A stretch of DNA of 64,000 nt from Dehalococcoidia bacterium (GTDB lineage Bacteria > Chloroflexota > Dehalococcoidia > Lucifugimonadales > Australimonadaceae), in the NCBI GenBank assembly GCA_965242755.1, contig OZ251500.1, positions 3,055,415-3,119,414 on the forward strand. The letters run 5' to 3'. Below the pieces are notes generated by a model that did no database searches, had not been told where the DNA came from, and was given only the letters and a program-made list of their open reading frames with translations. Each line of letters starts with the position of its first letter. Within the stretch, counting starts at the first letter, position 1. The translations under genes and the position numbers were made by a program. This document shows, one piece after another, positions 47,382 through 59,236 of this stretch.

Positions 47382-47954
47382 ATGGCCAAAGCGCCGATGG
47401 CGAAACGCTACGCCCAAGCCCTCTTCGCGCTCGCTGAGGCGGAGAATGGCCGGGAGGCGTGGCTCGACGACCTCGCGGGCATGCAGGAGCAAATGGCGGA
47501 GCCGTCCGTCGCGCTCTTCTTCCGCGAGCCCCGCGTTCCGGCGGAGCGCAAGCAGGAGGCCGCCGCGCAAATCGCGGAGGGCGCCCATCCGCTCGCGCGC
47601 AACTTCCTGGGGCTGCTCGTCCGGCGGCAGGCGACCGGGCTGCTGGCGGCCATCGTCGGCGAGTACCGACGTCTGCTGAACGAGCGGCTGGGCCGGGCGC
47701 AGGCCGTCGCGACGACCGCCGCGCCGATGTCGGCGGAGCAGCGCGCGAGGCTCGCCGCCTCGCTCGGGGCGATGCTCGGCAAAGAGGTCGTTCTCGACGC
47801 GCGCGTGGATCCTGAAATCATCGCCGGCGTCGTCGTCCGGGTCGGCGATCAAATCATTGACGGCAGCGCGCGCGCGCGCCTGAACGGCCTGCGTCAGAGT
47901 CTGGGGCGGCAAGCGCCGGCCCCGGCGTCAAACGAAACGGAGGAGCGGGCATGA
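47382..47954 (+). CDS. atpH: ATP synthase F1 subunit delta
   Basis: AKRYAQALF and [21 protein letters not shown]. Confidence 0.95.
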   Translation: MAKAPMAKRYAQALFALAEAENGREAWLDDLAGMQEQMAEPSVALFFREPRVPAERKQEAAAQIAEGAHPLARNFLGLLVRRQATGLLAAIVGEYRRLLNERLGRAQAVATTAAPMSAEQRARLAASLGAMLGKEVVLDARVDPEIIAGVVVRVGDQIIDGSARARLNGLRQSLGRQAPAPASNETEERA

Positions 47955-49459
47955 CGACTCGCGGACAGGACATCGCAGCCGTCCTCAAGCGGCAAATTGA
48001 GGAGTTCGGCGGCGAAACGACGCTCACGGAGGTGGGCACGGTCGTGGAGGTCGGGGACGGCATCGCGACGATTCACGGCCTGAGCAAGGTGGGATTCGGC
48101 GAGTTGCTGGATTTCCCCAGCGGCGTGTCGGGGCTTGCGCTCAACCTTGAGGAAGACCTCGTCGGCGCCGCCGTGATGGGCCCCGACACGGGCGTCAAAG
48201 AGGGCGACCTGGTCAAAGCGACCGGCGAGGTCGCCCGCATGCCCGTCGGCGACGCCTTGCTTGGGCGCGTCGTCAATCCGCTCGGCGAGCCGCTCGACGG
48301 CAAGGGCGCCGTGGCGACGGAGGGCTCGCGCCCCATCGAAATCGTCGCGCCCAACGTCGTCGTCCGCCAAGCCGTGAGTTCTCCGGTTCAGACCGGCGTC
48401 AAGTCCATAGACGGGATGATTCCCATCGGCCGCGGGCAGCGCGAGTTGATCATCGGCGACCGCTTTACCGGCAAGACGGCCATCGCCGTGGACACGATCA
48501 TCAATCAGAAGGGGCAAGACCTCGTCTGCATCTACGTGGCCGTCGGCCAAAAGCGGAGCAAGGTGGCCCAGTTGCAGGCGACGCTCGAGGAGCATGGCGC
48601 GATGGAGCACACCGTCATCGTCGCGGCCAACGCCTCCGACCCCGCGCCGCTGCAGTATCTCGCTCCCTACTCCGGCTGCGCCATAGGCGAGGAGTTTATG
48701 GCGAGCGGCCGCGAGGCGCTCATCATCTACGACGACCTCACGAAGCACGCCTGGGCCTACCGCCAGATGTCGCTGCTGCTGCGCCGCCCGCCGGGCCGCG
48801 AGGCGTACCCCGGTGACGTGTTCTACCTCCACAGCCGCCTGCTGGAGCGCGCCGCTCGCCTCAACGAGGCGCAAGGCGGCGGATCGCTCACCGCCCTCCC
48901 CATCATCGAAACGCAGGCCGGCGACGTCTCCGCCTACATTCCCACCAATGTGATCTCCATCACCGACGGCCAGATCTACCTGGAGGCCGACCTCTTCAAC
49001 AGCGGGATCCGTCCGGCGGTGAACGCGGGGCTGTCGGTGAGCCGGGTCGGCAGCGCGGCGCAGACGCGCGCGATGCGGAAGGTCGCGGGGCGCATGCGGC
49101 TGGAGTTGGCGCAGTACCGCGCCCTCGCGAGTTTCGCCCAATTCGGCGCATCCGACCTGGACGCCGCCACCCGAGCGCAGTTGGAGCGCGGCCAGCGCCT
49201 GACCGAGTTGCTGAAGCAGCCCCAGTACAAGCCGCAAAGCCTCCCCCACCAGGTCTGCGCGATGTACGCCGCCGTCAACGGCCATATGGACGACGTGCCC
49301 GTGGACCGGGTCCGAGAGTTCGAGGAGCGCTTCCTCGGCTACGTCGAAACCTCCCGCCCTGAGTTGCTGAGCGCGATCCAGGAAAAGAAGGACATAGACG
49401 AGGCGGCGGAGGACGCGCTCAAGGAAGCCATCGCCGCCTTCAAGGCCGCGTTCCAATAG
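47951..49459 (+). CDS. atpA: ATP synthase F1 subunit alpha
   Basis: [12 protein letters not shown] and [21 protein letters not shown]. Confidence 0.98.
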   Translation: MTTRGQDIAAVLKRQIEEFGGETTLTEVGTVVEVGDGIATIHGLSKVGFGELLDFPSGVSGLALNLEEDLVGAAVMGPDTGVKEGDLVKATGEVARMPVGDALLGRVVNPLGEPLDGKGAVATEGSRPIEIVAPNVVVRQAVSSPVQTGVKSIDGMIPIGRGQRELIIGDRFTGKTAIAVDTIINQKGQDLVCIYVAVGQKRSKVAQLQATLEEHGAMEHTVIVAANASDPAPLQYLAPYSGCAIGEEFMASGREALIIYDDLTKHAWAYRQMSLLLRRPPGREAYPGDVFYLHSRLLERAARLNEAQGGGSLTALPIIETQAGDVSAYIPTNVISITDGQIYLEADLFNSGIRPAVNAGLSVSRVGSAAQTRAMRKVAGRMRLELAQYRALASFAQFGASDLDAATRAQLERGQRLTELLKQPQYKPQSLPHQVCAMYAAVNGHMDDVPVDRVREFEERFLGYVETSRPELLSAIQEKKDIDEAAEDALKEAIAAFKAAFQ

Positions 49460-49472
49460 GAGAGAGCCCCTC

Positions 49473-50336
49473 GTGCCGAGCGTCAGGCAAATTCGCGGGC
49501 GGATACGCAGCGTCCGCAACACCTCGCGGGTCACTCACGCGATGCAGATGGTCGCCGCGTCCAAGATGCGCCGCGCCCAGGAAGCCGTCGTCGCGTCGCG
49601 CCCCTACGCCCGCAAGTTGCGCGAGGCGATAGGCGGCATCGTCGGGCGCGGCGCCGGCGATTCCGATTGGACGCACCCCCTGCTGGAGCGCCGGCCCGTC
49701 GGCGGCGTCCTCCTCCTCGCCGTGTCCCCCGACCGCGGCCTCGCAGGCGGCATGCCGGGCAACCTCACCCGCGCCGCGGGGCGGTTCGCCCAAACGCAGG
49801 AGCGCCCGGTGTCGGCGGTGACGGTCGGCAAGAAAGCGCGCGACTTTATGGTCCGCGCCGGGATTCCCCTCCGCGCGTCGTTCACCGACGTCGGCGACAG
49901 GCCGACGATGGCCGACACGCTCGCCGTCACCCGCCTCGTGGAGCGGCTGTACACGGAGGGCGAGGTTGACGAGGCGCACATCGCCTATACCCGATACGTC
50001 AACACCGTCGTACAGCAGCCCGTCGTCGAGCGCTTGCTGCCCGTCGCCGCGGAGGGAATGGACGACGCGCCCGCGCCCGACGTCCTCTACGAGCCCGACG
50101 CGCAGACCGTGCTGGGCGCGCTGCTGCCGCGCTTTATGGAGATGCAGGTCTACCAGGCGTTCCTCGAGAACAACGCGAGCGAGCAGTCCGCGCGAATGGT
50201 GGCGATGAAGAACGCCACTGAAGCCGCCGAGGATATGGTCGCCGGCCTGACGTTGGAGTTGAACAAGGCGCGCCAGAACATGATCACCGCCGAACTGCTC
50301 GACCTCGTAGGAGGCGCGGCGGCGTTGGAAGGCTAG
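49473..50336 (+). CDS. atpG: ATP synthase F1 subunit gamma
   Basis: AMQMVAASK, DRGLAG, SEQSARMVAM and NKARQNMITAEL. Confidence 0.97.
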   Translation: MPSVRQIRGRIRSVRNTSRVTHAMQMVAASKMRRAQEAVVASRPYARKLREAIGGIVGRGAGDSDWTHPLLERRPVGGVLLLAVSPDRGLAGGMPGNLTRAAGRFAQTQERPVSAVTVGKKARDFMVRAGIPLRASFTDVGDRPTMADTLAVTRLVERLYTEGEVDEAHIAYTRYVNTVVQQPVVERLLPVAAEGMDDAPAPDVLYEPDAQTVLGALLPRFMEMQVYQAFLENNASEQSARMVAMKNATEAAEDMVAGLTLELNKARQNMITAELLDLVGGAAALEG

Positions 50337-50342
50337 AGAGCC

Positions 50343-51488
50343 TTGCTCAAGCAAGTCCACATAAAGAACTTCAAGAGCATCGCCGCCGCAGTCGTTGACC
50401 TCAGCGGATTCACCGCGCTTGTTGGCCCGAACGGCGCGGGCAAAAGCAACTTCGTGGACGCGCTCCGATTCGTGACGGACAGCCTCACGGTCTCGCCGGA
50501 TTACGCGATTCGGAACCGCGGAGGCATAGACCTCGTTCGCATGAAGTCGACCGGCCACCCGGCGAACTTCGGATTCAGGATCCGTATGGAATTGGAGCCG
50601 GGCCCGGCGGACTATTCGTTCGAAATCAAGGCGGAGCAGCGCGGGCGCTTCTCCGTCAAGCGCGAGCGGTTCATCAGCAATTCGGCGCGCTTCGAAGTCA
50701 AAGACGGCGACTTGATCAGCGAAACCATCAGCGGCTCCATAGAGAAAGACAGGCTTGCGTTGCCCGCGCTTTCGGGATTTCCCGAGTTCCGCCCCGCTTA
50801 CGACGCGATGGCGAACTTCAGGTTCTACGCGCCCGTGTCCGACAAGATCCGTCAGGCGCAGGAACCCGATCAGGGAGAAACGCTCCAGCCCGACGGCGGC
50901 AACTCCGCCGCGATTCTCCGCGAAATACGCCGTTGGGATGAGACGAAATACGACCGGGTGCGTAAGTACCTCGCGCAGATCGCGCCGAGCGTCAAGGATG
51001 TCGGCTACGCCAAAGCGGGTACGAAAGAAACGATTGCGTTCTATCAGGACGTGGGAGCGGCTAGTCCGTGGGAGTTCGGAGCCATCAGCATGTCCGACGG
51101 AACGCTCAGGACGCTAGGCGTGCTGCTCGCGGTGTTCCAAATGAACACGCCAACGCTGACGGTCATAGAAGAGCCGGACGCCGCCGTCCACCCGGCCGTC
51201 CTCGAAACATTGCTCGACCTGCTGCTGGAAGGCAGCGAACGCTCCCAAATGATCGTGACGACCCATAGCCCCGAATTGCTCGACCACAAGAGCGTGGACG
51301 ACGACGCGATCCGCATCGTTGATTCGGAGAGGGGAAAGACGAGGATCGGCCGGATGTCGCCCGGCGCGAGGCGCGTATTGGCCGCCCGTCTCGCGTCGCC
51401 CGGCGAAATGCTGCTACAGAACGAATTGGGGATAGACCGCGAGCAATTGCGCGAGGCCAGATTGTTCGGACCGGCGAGAGCGGCATGA
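50343..51488 (+). CDS. AAA_21/ABC-type ATPase (defence-associated)
   Basis: NFKSI, GPNGAGKSN, MSDGTLR, IEEPD and TTHSP. Confidence 0.88.
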   Translation: MLKQVHIKNFKSIAAAVVDLSGFTALVGPNGAGKSNFVDALRFVTDSLTVSPDYAIRNRGGIDLVRMKSTGHPANFGFRIRMELEPGPADYSFEIKAEQRGRFSVKRERFISNSARFEVKDGDLISETISGSIEKDRLALPALSGFPEFRPAYDAMANFRFYAPVSDKIRQAQEPDQGETLQPDGGNSAAILREIRRWDETKYDRVRKYLAQIAPSVKDVGYAKAGTKETIAFYQDVGAASPWEFGAISMSDGTLRTLGVLLAVFQMNTPTLTVIEEPDAAVHPAVLETLLDLLLEGSERSQMIVTTHSPELLDHKSVDDDAIRIVDSERGKTRIGRMSPGARRVLAARLASPGEMLLQNELGIDREQLREARLFGPARAA

Positions 51489-52075
51489 TCGTTCCTATCG
51501 TCGAGGGACAAGGGGAAGAGCAATCCGTCCGCATCGTGCTGGAGCGAATGATGGGGGACTTGGAGACCTACGCCGCCATAGACAAACCCTTTCGAGTGAA
51601 AAGGAACAAGATCGTTCAGCCCAACGAACTGGAGAGGTGCATCGACAGAATCTTCAACGCTCGCGAGAACGTCGGCGCCGTGCTGCTCCTCTTGGACGCC
51701 GACGACGACTGCCCCCAGGATTGCGGAGCGGAACTCAAGGCTCGGGGGCAAACCCATATCGGCGACAGGGGCTACTTCGGCGTCGCGCTGGCCAACCGCG
51801 AATTCGAGGCATGGTTCCTCGCCGACATGGAGGGGCTATCCGCTGGGATTGACGGCGCGCCCTTCATCGCCTTGCCGGATGACGTGGAGAGCGTTCGGGG
51901 CGCCAAAGAGCGGTTGCGCGAAGCGTTGGGGCAGCCTTATCGGCCCACGGTCGACCAAGCCGGGCTCGCTAGCCGCTTCGACCTCCGCCGCGCCGCCGAG
52001 CGTTGCCGCTCGTTCCGAAAACTCCAATCGGAGTTGGCCCATATCCTGCAGTTCGCAGGCGCCGCCCGCGCCTGA
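51485..52075 (+). CDS. DUF4276-family TOPRIM-like protein
   Basis: IVEGQGE, LLDADDDCP, EFEAWFLAD, YRPTVDQ and SFRKL; ATGA overlap with the ATPase. Confidence 0.82.
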   Translation: MIVPIVEGQGEEQSVRIVLERMMGDLETYAAIDKPFRVKRNKIVQPNELERCIDRIFNARENVGAVLLLLDADDDCPQDCGAELKARGQTHIGDRGYFGVALANREFEAWFLADMEGLSAGIDGAPFIALPDDVESVRGAKERLREALGQPYRPTVDQAGLASRFDLRRAAERCRSFRKLQSELAHILQFAGAARA

Positions 52076-53518
<1,443 letters not shown>

Positions 53519-53593
53519 CGCGCGCGGCGCGTGCGCGCTAGTGTGACATCTGCCTATTGACCGCTTGCGTGCTCGCCTAGCAGACTAGGCGGT

Positions 53594-54400
53594 ATGCCTA
53601 TCTGCGCTTGCTTCCACGAGTTCGAGTTGACGCCCGACGGCGCCGGCAGGTTCCTGCTGGTCCTGGATGCGGAAGGGTATGTGCCGTTGCTCGCCGACAT
53701 ACTGGGGCCGTCCGGGTTAGCCGCCCAATCCCGGTTCGGATTGGGGGCATCCTACAATCTGACGGGCATCCAAGACGAGCAGCAAGTCAATGACTCTCTG
53801 TCCCCCTTCCGCCGAAGGATCGTCATCGGCTTGGATCAGGTTGACCAGTGCTATGCGCTGGGGCCGTACTCCGTCCGTGCGGGCGATGGCGTTTGGGACC
53901 ACCCTGAGTTCGGGGAAGCCGTCCGCCGCGCAAAGTACGCCAAAGACCAGAGCGCGAGGGTGATGCTATCCCACGAACTGGCGAATTTCGCCAAAAGCCA
54001 TCCTGGGATGAGGTCGGTCGCCGCCGTAGCCGCGCCCCCGAAGTTCGACCCTGAAGAGCTGAACCTCCCGCTCACTTAGGCGCGGTCTGTCGCTGAATCG
54101 CTGGATGCGAGCATCGCAAGCGCGCGAAAGATCCGTCCCACAGGCCCACAGAAAGATCTGGAAGGGCTTGACGACGAACGGGACGTGGCGGACCGAGTAA
54201 ACAACAGCGTGCAAGTGGACGACAGGATTCAGGGGAATGCCCTTGTTATTGACGATACGATCCGATCAGGCGGCATGGTCAGGGAGATGGGGAGGGCGTT
54301 GAAAGCGGCGGGCGCTGATAAGGTGTATGCTCTCTGCGTCGCTAAGGACGCGAAGTTCACCAACGGAGGCCTCAACTTGTCCCGTGAGCGGTGGCTATGA
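53594..54400 (+). pseudogene. ComF-like phosphoribosyltransferase interrupted by an in-frame TAG (54077-54079)
   Basis: ORFs 53594-54079 and 54185-54400 share one frame with no other stop between them. PRPP-binding motif LVIDDTIRSGG. Confidence 0.78.
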
Positions 54401-55098
54401 GCGACATCGTCACAATCCACCCTGCGGACGCGGCCTATCCCGAGAGCGTGCGCTCCGCGATGAAGCCGCTGACTCTGTACGCCGTCGGCTCCATCGACTT
54501 GCTGGAGCGCGACGCCATCGGAATATGCGGCTCCCGCGATGCCTCGCCGGAAGCGTTGCGCTACGCCTCCGACTTCGGGCGCGAGGCGGCGCGGCGCGGT
54601 TTCGTCGTCGTCAGCGGCTACGCGAAGGGGGTTGACCGGCAAGCGCACAAGGGCGCGCTTGAGGCCGGGGGGAGCACGATAGCCGTGCTGCCCGAAGGGA
54701 TCGATGGGTTCCGCGTCGCGCGGGAGTTGCGCCCGCTCGTGGATATGGAGGGCAACTTCCTCGCCGTGTCCATGTTCGAGCCCGCCGCCTCGTGGCAAGC
54801 CTGGCGGGCGATGGAGCGCAACAAACTGATCGTCGGCCTCTCGCAAGGGCTTTTCGTCGTTGAGGCGGACGAGCGCGGGGGCACGATCAACGCCGCGATG
54901 GAGTGCGCCCGGCAACGCAAACCGCTTTGGGCTGTGGCATACTCGGCAAGCGGGCTCGGAAGAGAAGGCAACAACCTGCTCCTCAGGCAAGAGATGGCCG
55001 TGCCGCTGAAGCGGCTGAGCGATGTCCGCGATGCCCTGGAGCAGGCCGCGTCGGGCGCGGCGCAAAGCGCAGGACAGATGGCGATGGCGCTAGGCTAG
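54397..55098 (+). CDS. DprA/Smf-like Rossmann-fold protein
   Basis: ICGSR, VSGYAKGVD, ERNKLIVGLS and GGT; ATGA overlap with the PRTase; lacks the extra domains of competence DprA. Confidence 0.88.
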   Translation: MSDIVTIHPADAAYPESVRSAMKPLTLYAVGSIDLLERDAIGICGSRDASPEALRYASDFGREAARRGFVVVSGYAKGVDRQAHKGALEAGGSTIAVLPEGIDGFRVARELRPLVDMEGNFLAVSMFEPAASWQAWRAMERNKLIVGLSQGLFVVEADERGGTINAAMECARQRKPLWAVAYSASGLGREGNNLLLRQEMAVPLKRLSDVRDALEQAASGAAQSAGQMAMALG

Positions 55099-55122
55099 GA
55101 GAACCGATGACCATCCGACTCG
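55093..55122 (+). repeat. 30-bp perfect direct repeat (second copy 56254-56283) containing a stop codon, RBS and the first 5 codons of atpC
   Basis: GGCTAGGAGAACCGATGACCATCCGACTCG at both sites. Confidence 0.95.
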
Positions 55123-55266
55123 CCCTGCCCGCCTAGGCGGGAATCCAGTCGGCGCGACAGCGCCAATGCCCCCTCTCCCGATGGCGGGAGAGGGGACGAG
55201 GGCGAGGGGCGGCGCGCAGCGGCGTAAGTGGAAATCCGGTATAATGGAGCGCACAGGGAGAACCGC

Positions 55267-56259
55267 ATGCTCAACGACCTCGTGCAGACCATCAAAACGC
55301 TCAAAGAGCGCATTACGGCGCACGCGCCCGAACTGCGACGGAACGAAATCCGTACTCGCGCAGTGCTCATAGACCCGATGCTTGCCGCATTAGGGTGGCC
55401 GGTCAGCGACCCCTCCGCCGTGGTCGTGGAGTACGAAGTCGGAGGTGGGCGCGCAGATTACGCTTTGCTGAGACGCGTGGACGACAGGCCTACTCTTGTC
55501 ATAGAAGCCAAGAAGTACGACGAGCCGTTAGATGCCCATCGTATGCAACTCCTAACCTACGCGTTGGGTCAGGGCATTCCTTATGGCTGCTTGACGGACG
55601 GCAACCGATGGCAAGTCTACGACATCTTCGCCGCCGTAAGGAGTGGTGAGCCGCAGCCGTTAGACCAAAGGTGCAGGTTAGACATCACGATTGCCGCCGA
55701 CCCTCCGGCGAGGTCGGCGTTGGCCCTCTTGGGCATATGGAGGCCCAACCTGCAGACCGACGGCCAGCTGGTGGAAGCCTCCTACCCTTTCCTGATGGAT
55801 GCCCTTAGTCAGTCCCCGTTAGAACCCGCGCCACCCATAGAGCCGCCCACTCCGACGATGGAGGTTGCCTCCGCGCCTGGTTGGACCTCTCTGACAGACA
55901 ATTTTGAGGTGAAGCACAGACCTGCGCCTAGCGAGATGCAGTTCCCTGGCAGCCCTGCGATAGCCGTGAGGAGTTGGCGGGGTATGGTTGTGGAAATTGC
56001 CCTATGGCTGCACGAGCAAGGACTGCTGTCTCGCCAAAACTGTCAAATCCCCAGAGGCGAGCGCAGTAATCGCGTGATCTTCAGCCTGAACGGGATGCAT
56101 CCTAACGGCGAGCCATTTAGGAACCCCGTGCCGATCGAGCGCGTCGGCATGGTGCTGGAAGGTAACATGGATGGCGCAGCCTGTGTTCGTCTCGCGAAGA
56201 GGCTTCTCGCGCACTTCCGCCAAGATCCCTCGCAAGTCCGCATGAGGCTTCCCGGCTAG
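55267..56259 (+). CDS. HsdR-N-like PD-(D/E)XK nuclease-domain protein
   Basis: NEIRTRAVLIDPMLAALGW, VEY, RADYAL, IEAK, QLLTY and LTDG; own TATAAT at 55240. Confidence 0.82.
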   Translation: MLNDLVQTIKTLKERITAHAPELRRNEIRTRAVLIDPMLAALGWPVSDPSAVVVEYEVGGGRADYALLRRVDDRPTLVIEAKKYDEPLDAHRMQLLTYALGQGIPYGCLTDGNRWQVYDIFAAVRSGEPQPLDQRCRLDITIAADPPARSALALLGIWRPNLQTDGQLVEASYPFLMDALSQSPLEPAPPIEPPTPTMEVASAPGWTSLTDNFEVKHRPAPSEMQFPGSPAIAVRSWRGMVVEIALWLHEQGLLSRQNCQIPRGERSNRVIFSLNGMHPNGEPFRNPVPIERVGMVLEGNMDGAACVRLAKRLLAHFRQDPSQVRMRLPG

Positions 56260-56267
56260 GAGAACCG

Positions 56268-56708
56268 ATGACCATCCGACTCGAAATCGTAACCGCCGAG
56301 CGAACGCTCTTCGAAGGCGATGTCGACGCGCTCGCCGCGCCGGGCGTCGAGGGCGAAATCGGCGTGTTGCCCAAGCACGCCGCGCTGATGACCGTCCTGC
56401 AGCCGGGCGACCTCCGCTACCGCGTCAACGACGTCGAAGAGGAATTCTCCGTCACCGGCGGCTTCATCGACGTGCGCGGCGACCATGTGTCCGTCCTCGC
56501 CGACGCCGCGGAGCGCTCCGACGAGATCGACGTCGCGCGCGCCGAGGAGGCCGTCGCCCGCGCGCGCCGCCGCATCGAGGAGCACACCGGCGACGTCGAT
56601 CTCGAGCGCGCCCTCCGCTCTCTCCGGCGAGGCCAAGCGCGGCTCGACGTCACTCGCCGCCGTCGCCGCCGCGGAACGGGCGTCCCCTCCCGCGAAGCCA
56701 GCGCCTAG
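56268..56708 (+). CDS. atpC: ATP synthase F1 subunit epsilon
   Basis: EIVTAER, GEIGVLPKHA, GGF and IDVARA. Confidence 0.96.
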   Translation: MTIRLEIVTAERTLFEGDVDALAAPGVEGEIGVLPKHAALMTVLQPGDLRYRVNDVEEEFSVTGGFIDVRGDHVSVLADAAERSDEIDVARAEEAVARARRRIEEHTGDVDLERALRSLRRGQARLDVTRRRRRRGTGVPSREASA

Positions 56709-56734
56709 CCCGGGCTGCCTCGCGCTCGCATGGT

Positions 56735-59188
56735 ATGGATCGCGAGGCGATGCTCTCCGCGCTCATCAAGCCCCCGGCGCCTAGCGAGGACGCTTCTGAT
56801 TCGCGTCGCGCGCCGCCGCCGGACGCGCCGCTGGCAAGGTTTCTGGCCTGGTCGCCGCTGCTCCTTCTGGCGCTGGCGCTGGCGACGCTGTTCGTGTTCA
56901 ACAGCGACCGCGAGCGCTTCTACGCTCCTCTCAAGCACGACACCGCCAAAAGTTTGGCCATCGCGGAGAACCTTTCTCCGGATCATCGGTTTCGCATGTT
57001 CACCCGGCTGACCTTCGACGAAGACGGCGAGCCGGTCTACATTCCCTACAACCGCTTTCCCGTCGGCGGTTTCGCGCTGATCAAGGTCGTTATCCTTCCT
57101 TTTGGAGACAATTTGGCGATGAAAGTGTTCGTCACACGAATGCTGATGCTGGCGCTCCTCAGCGCGGCCGCTTTCTTGGCCTACCACGCTATCGCTCGAA
57201 TCGCGTCCAATAGATGGATCGCTTTGACGGCTGTCATGATCGCTTTTTCGTCATATTACATACTCCGCTACAGCAACTGGGTTTCCAACGAGTTTATGAT
57301 CGACTTATTCGCAGTGATGCTCGTGTTCCATGGAATGGTTCTATTCGCTCAAGAGGGGCGGTTTCGTCAGTTGGCGGTGAAAACGTGCGTCGCGTTGCTG
57401 CTCGGTTGGCACGTCTACGCCTTCCTCGTTCCTTTTGTCGCGCTGGGCTTGGGCGGCGAACTCGTTCATGCGATCAAGGCGCGGCGCGGCGATGAGACTG
57501 CAAAGGATCGCAGCGCGAAAGACCGCTATTCCTGGATGCTCCGCGGGATCAGGAGCAGCCCCTATATCAAACTTGGCGCCTTGGCTCTGCTGTTGGGCGT
57601 TGCGGTCTTGGCCTTCAATTTCCTCAGCGAATACGACGCGCTGAATGGAGAAGTTCCGCTGGCTGAGTTGCCGTCCGTTAAATCTTTTGTCGGGCGCGCC
57701 TGGGATGGGACCGGGCTCAGTTTCGTCGACGGCCGGGCCTGGGGCGGTTTCTTTCGCCAACAGTTCTATCGGATAACAGGGGCATCGGTCCCTCACGCGC
57801 TTGTGACGAGGCACTGGGGCGCTGCGGAATTTCCGCCAAACGAGCCGCCTCTTCCGCTCGCAATAATGGGGCTTCTGCTCGTAGGCGCTTGTTTCGCAGG
57901 GTTGCCGTTTGTCCGCCGCCGAAATCCGCTGGCTGTATTAGCCTTGTCGGGTCCTTGCTGGGCGCTGCTGGCTCGCGGGAATGTGGTTATCCCGGATCAT
58001 CAGTTCGAGGCTATCTACTACGTTGGAGTTCCTCTCACACTTGTCACCCTGCTCCTGATCGGCGCAAGAAGGCTCGGCGGCTCCCGAGTTCTTCCCATCG
58101 CCGCAGGCGTTGCGGCGATGGTTTTCGCGCTCTCCGCCTCTCAATTGGTTGCGCGGGGTCCGGAATTGGAAAGAGAGTCCGAACGCCGACAAGCGATATT
58201 CTCCGACGCGGCGGCCATCCGAAAAGTCACGCAAGGAAAGAACGTCTATGTCGCGCAGACCGATGGATCGAGGATAGCCCTCTACGGCGACCGAAACCCG
58301 TTGGATTTCCACCTCGCAGGAAGTCGAATCGCATACAGCCCGAAAGATTCAGCGTCAGGGCGCGACTTCGTTGTCATACCTTACCGCGACGAGCAATTCC
58401 CGTTGCTTACTCCTCATAACGAGATCGTGTTTCTCTACGGTCAGGCCGATCCGGCGGACCTCGAACGCGCAAGGTTCGATGCCCTTGCTTCCGGCGCTTC
58501 CGGGGAGCCGTCCGCCCGCGCGGACTACGATATACACATAAGCGAGGACGCTCTCGTCTACGTTAAAGAGCCGTGCGGCGACATCGGCCATAAATTCTTT
58601 CTCAGAATCTATCCCGAAGACGCGGACGACCTGCCGGAATGGCGCACGCGGCATGGTAACGACGCCCTTGATTTCTTCTTTCCGTTATGGGGCGTCGAGT
58701 TTGACGGCAAATGCGTCATTTCCGTTCCGTTGCCCAATTACGCGATTTCGGGCATTCGAACAGGGTAGTTCATACCGGATGAGCGCAAACTATGGGAGGC
58801 GGCGTTTCCGTTCGATCCCGGCGCGATCAGGACGGCTTACGAGACCGTCGCCGCCCGCGAGCCAACCGTCCGCGCCAAGTTCGCTCTCTACTTCGACGAG
58901 AATGAGCGGACGCTGACCTATGTCCGGGATGAGTGCGCGGCGTCCGACGCGGACGCGCCGTTCTTTTTGCACGTCACGCCGCAGCGCGCGGATGACCTCC
59001 CCGATGACCGACGGGAGTTCGGTTTCGACAACCATGATTTCGATTTCCGTCTACGAGGAATCGTGTTCGACGGCAAGTGCGTCGCGCAGGTTCCGCTGCC
59101 GGAGCGCCCCGTCGAGAGCATTCGAACGGGGCAGTGGGAGCGCGGGAGGGGCGAGATATGGGAGGCGGCGATTCCGTTCGAAGAATAA
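56735..59188 (+). pseudogene. GT-C-like multi-TM membrane protein with tandem C-terminal soluble domains, in-frame TAG at 58766-58768
   Basis: YNRFP motif and many TM helices. The frame continues past the TAG to TAA at 59188. Repeat 1 ends IRTG*F and repeat 2 ends IRTGQW. Confidence 0.7.
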
Positions 59189-59236
59189 GCGATGCGGAGT
59201 ATGGCGACGCGCAGCGCAGGATCTGCCTGCAAGCCC

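Noticed and set aside
54397-55098. Competence dprA/comF locus
   Set aside because: Short Rossmann-only DprA coupled to a PRTase lacking the ComF zinc finger and inserted in the atp operon fits the toxin-antitoxin/defence type better.
53594-59188. Amber recoding (pyrrolysine or TAG reassignment) to explain two in-frame TAGs
   Set aside because: TAG is the true stop of many core genes here (atpB/E/F/A/G/D/C, groES, groEL, pccB), RF1 is intact, and the two sites imply different residues (likely Trp and Gln). Point mutations are simpler.
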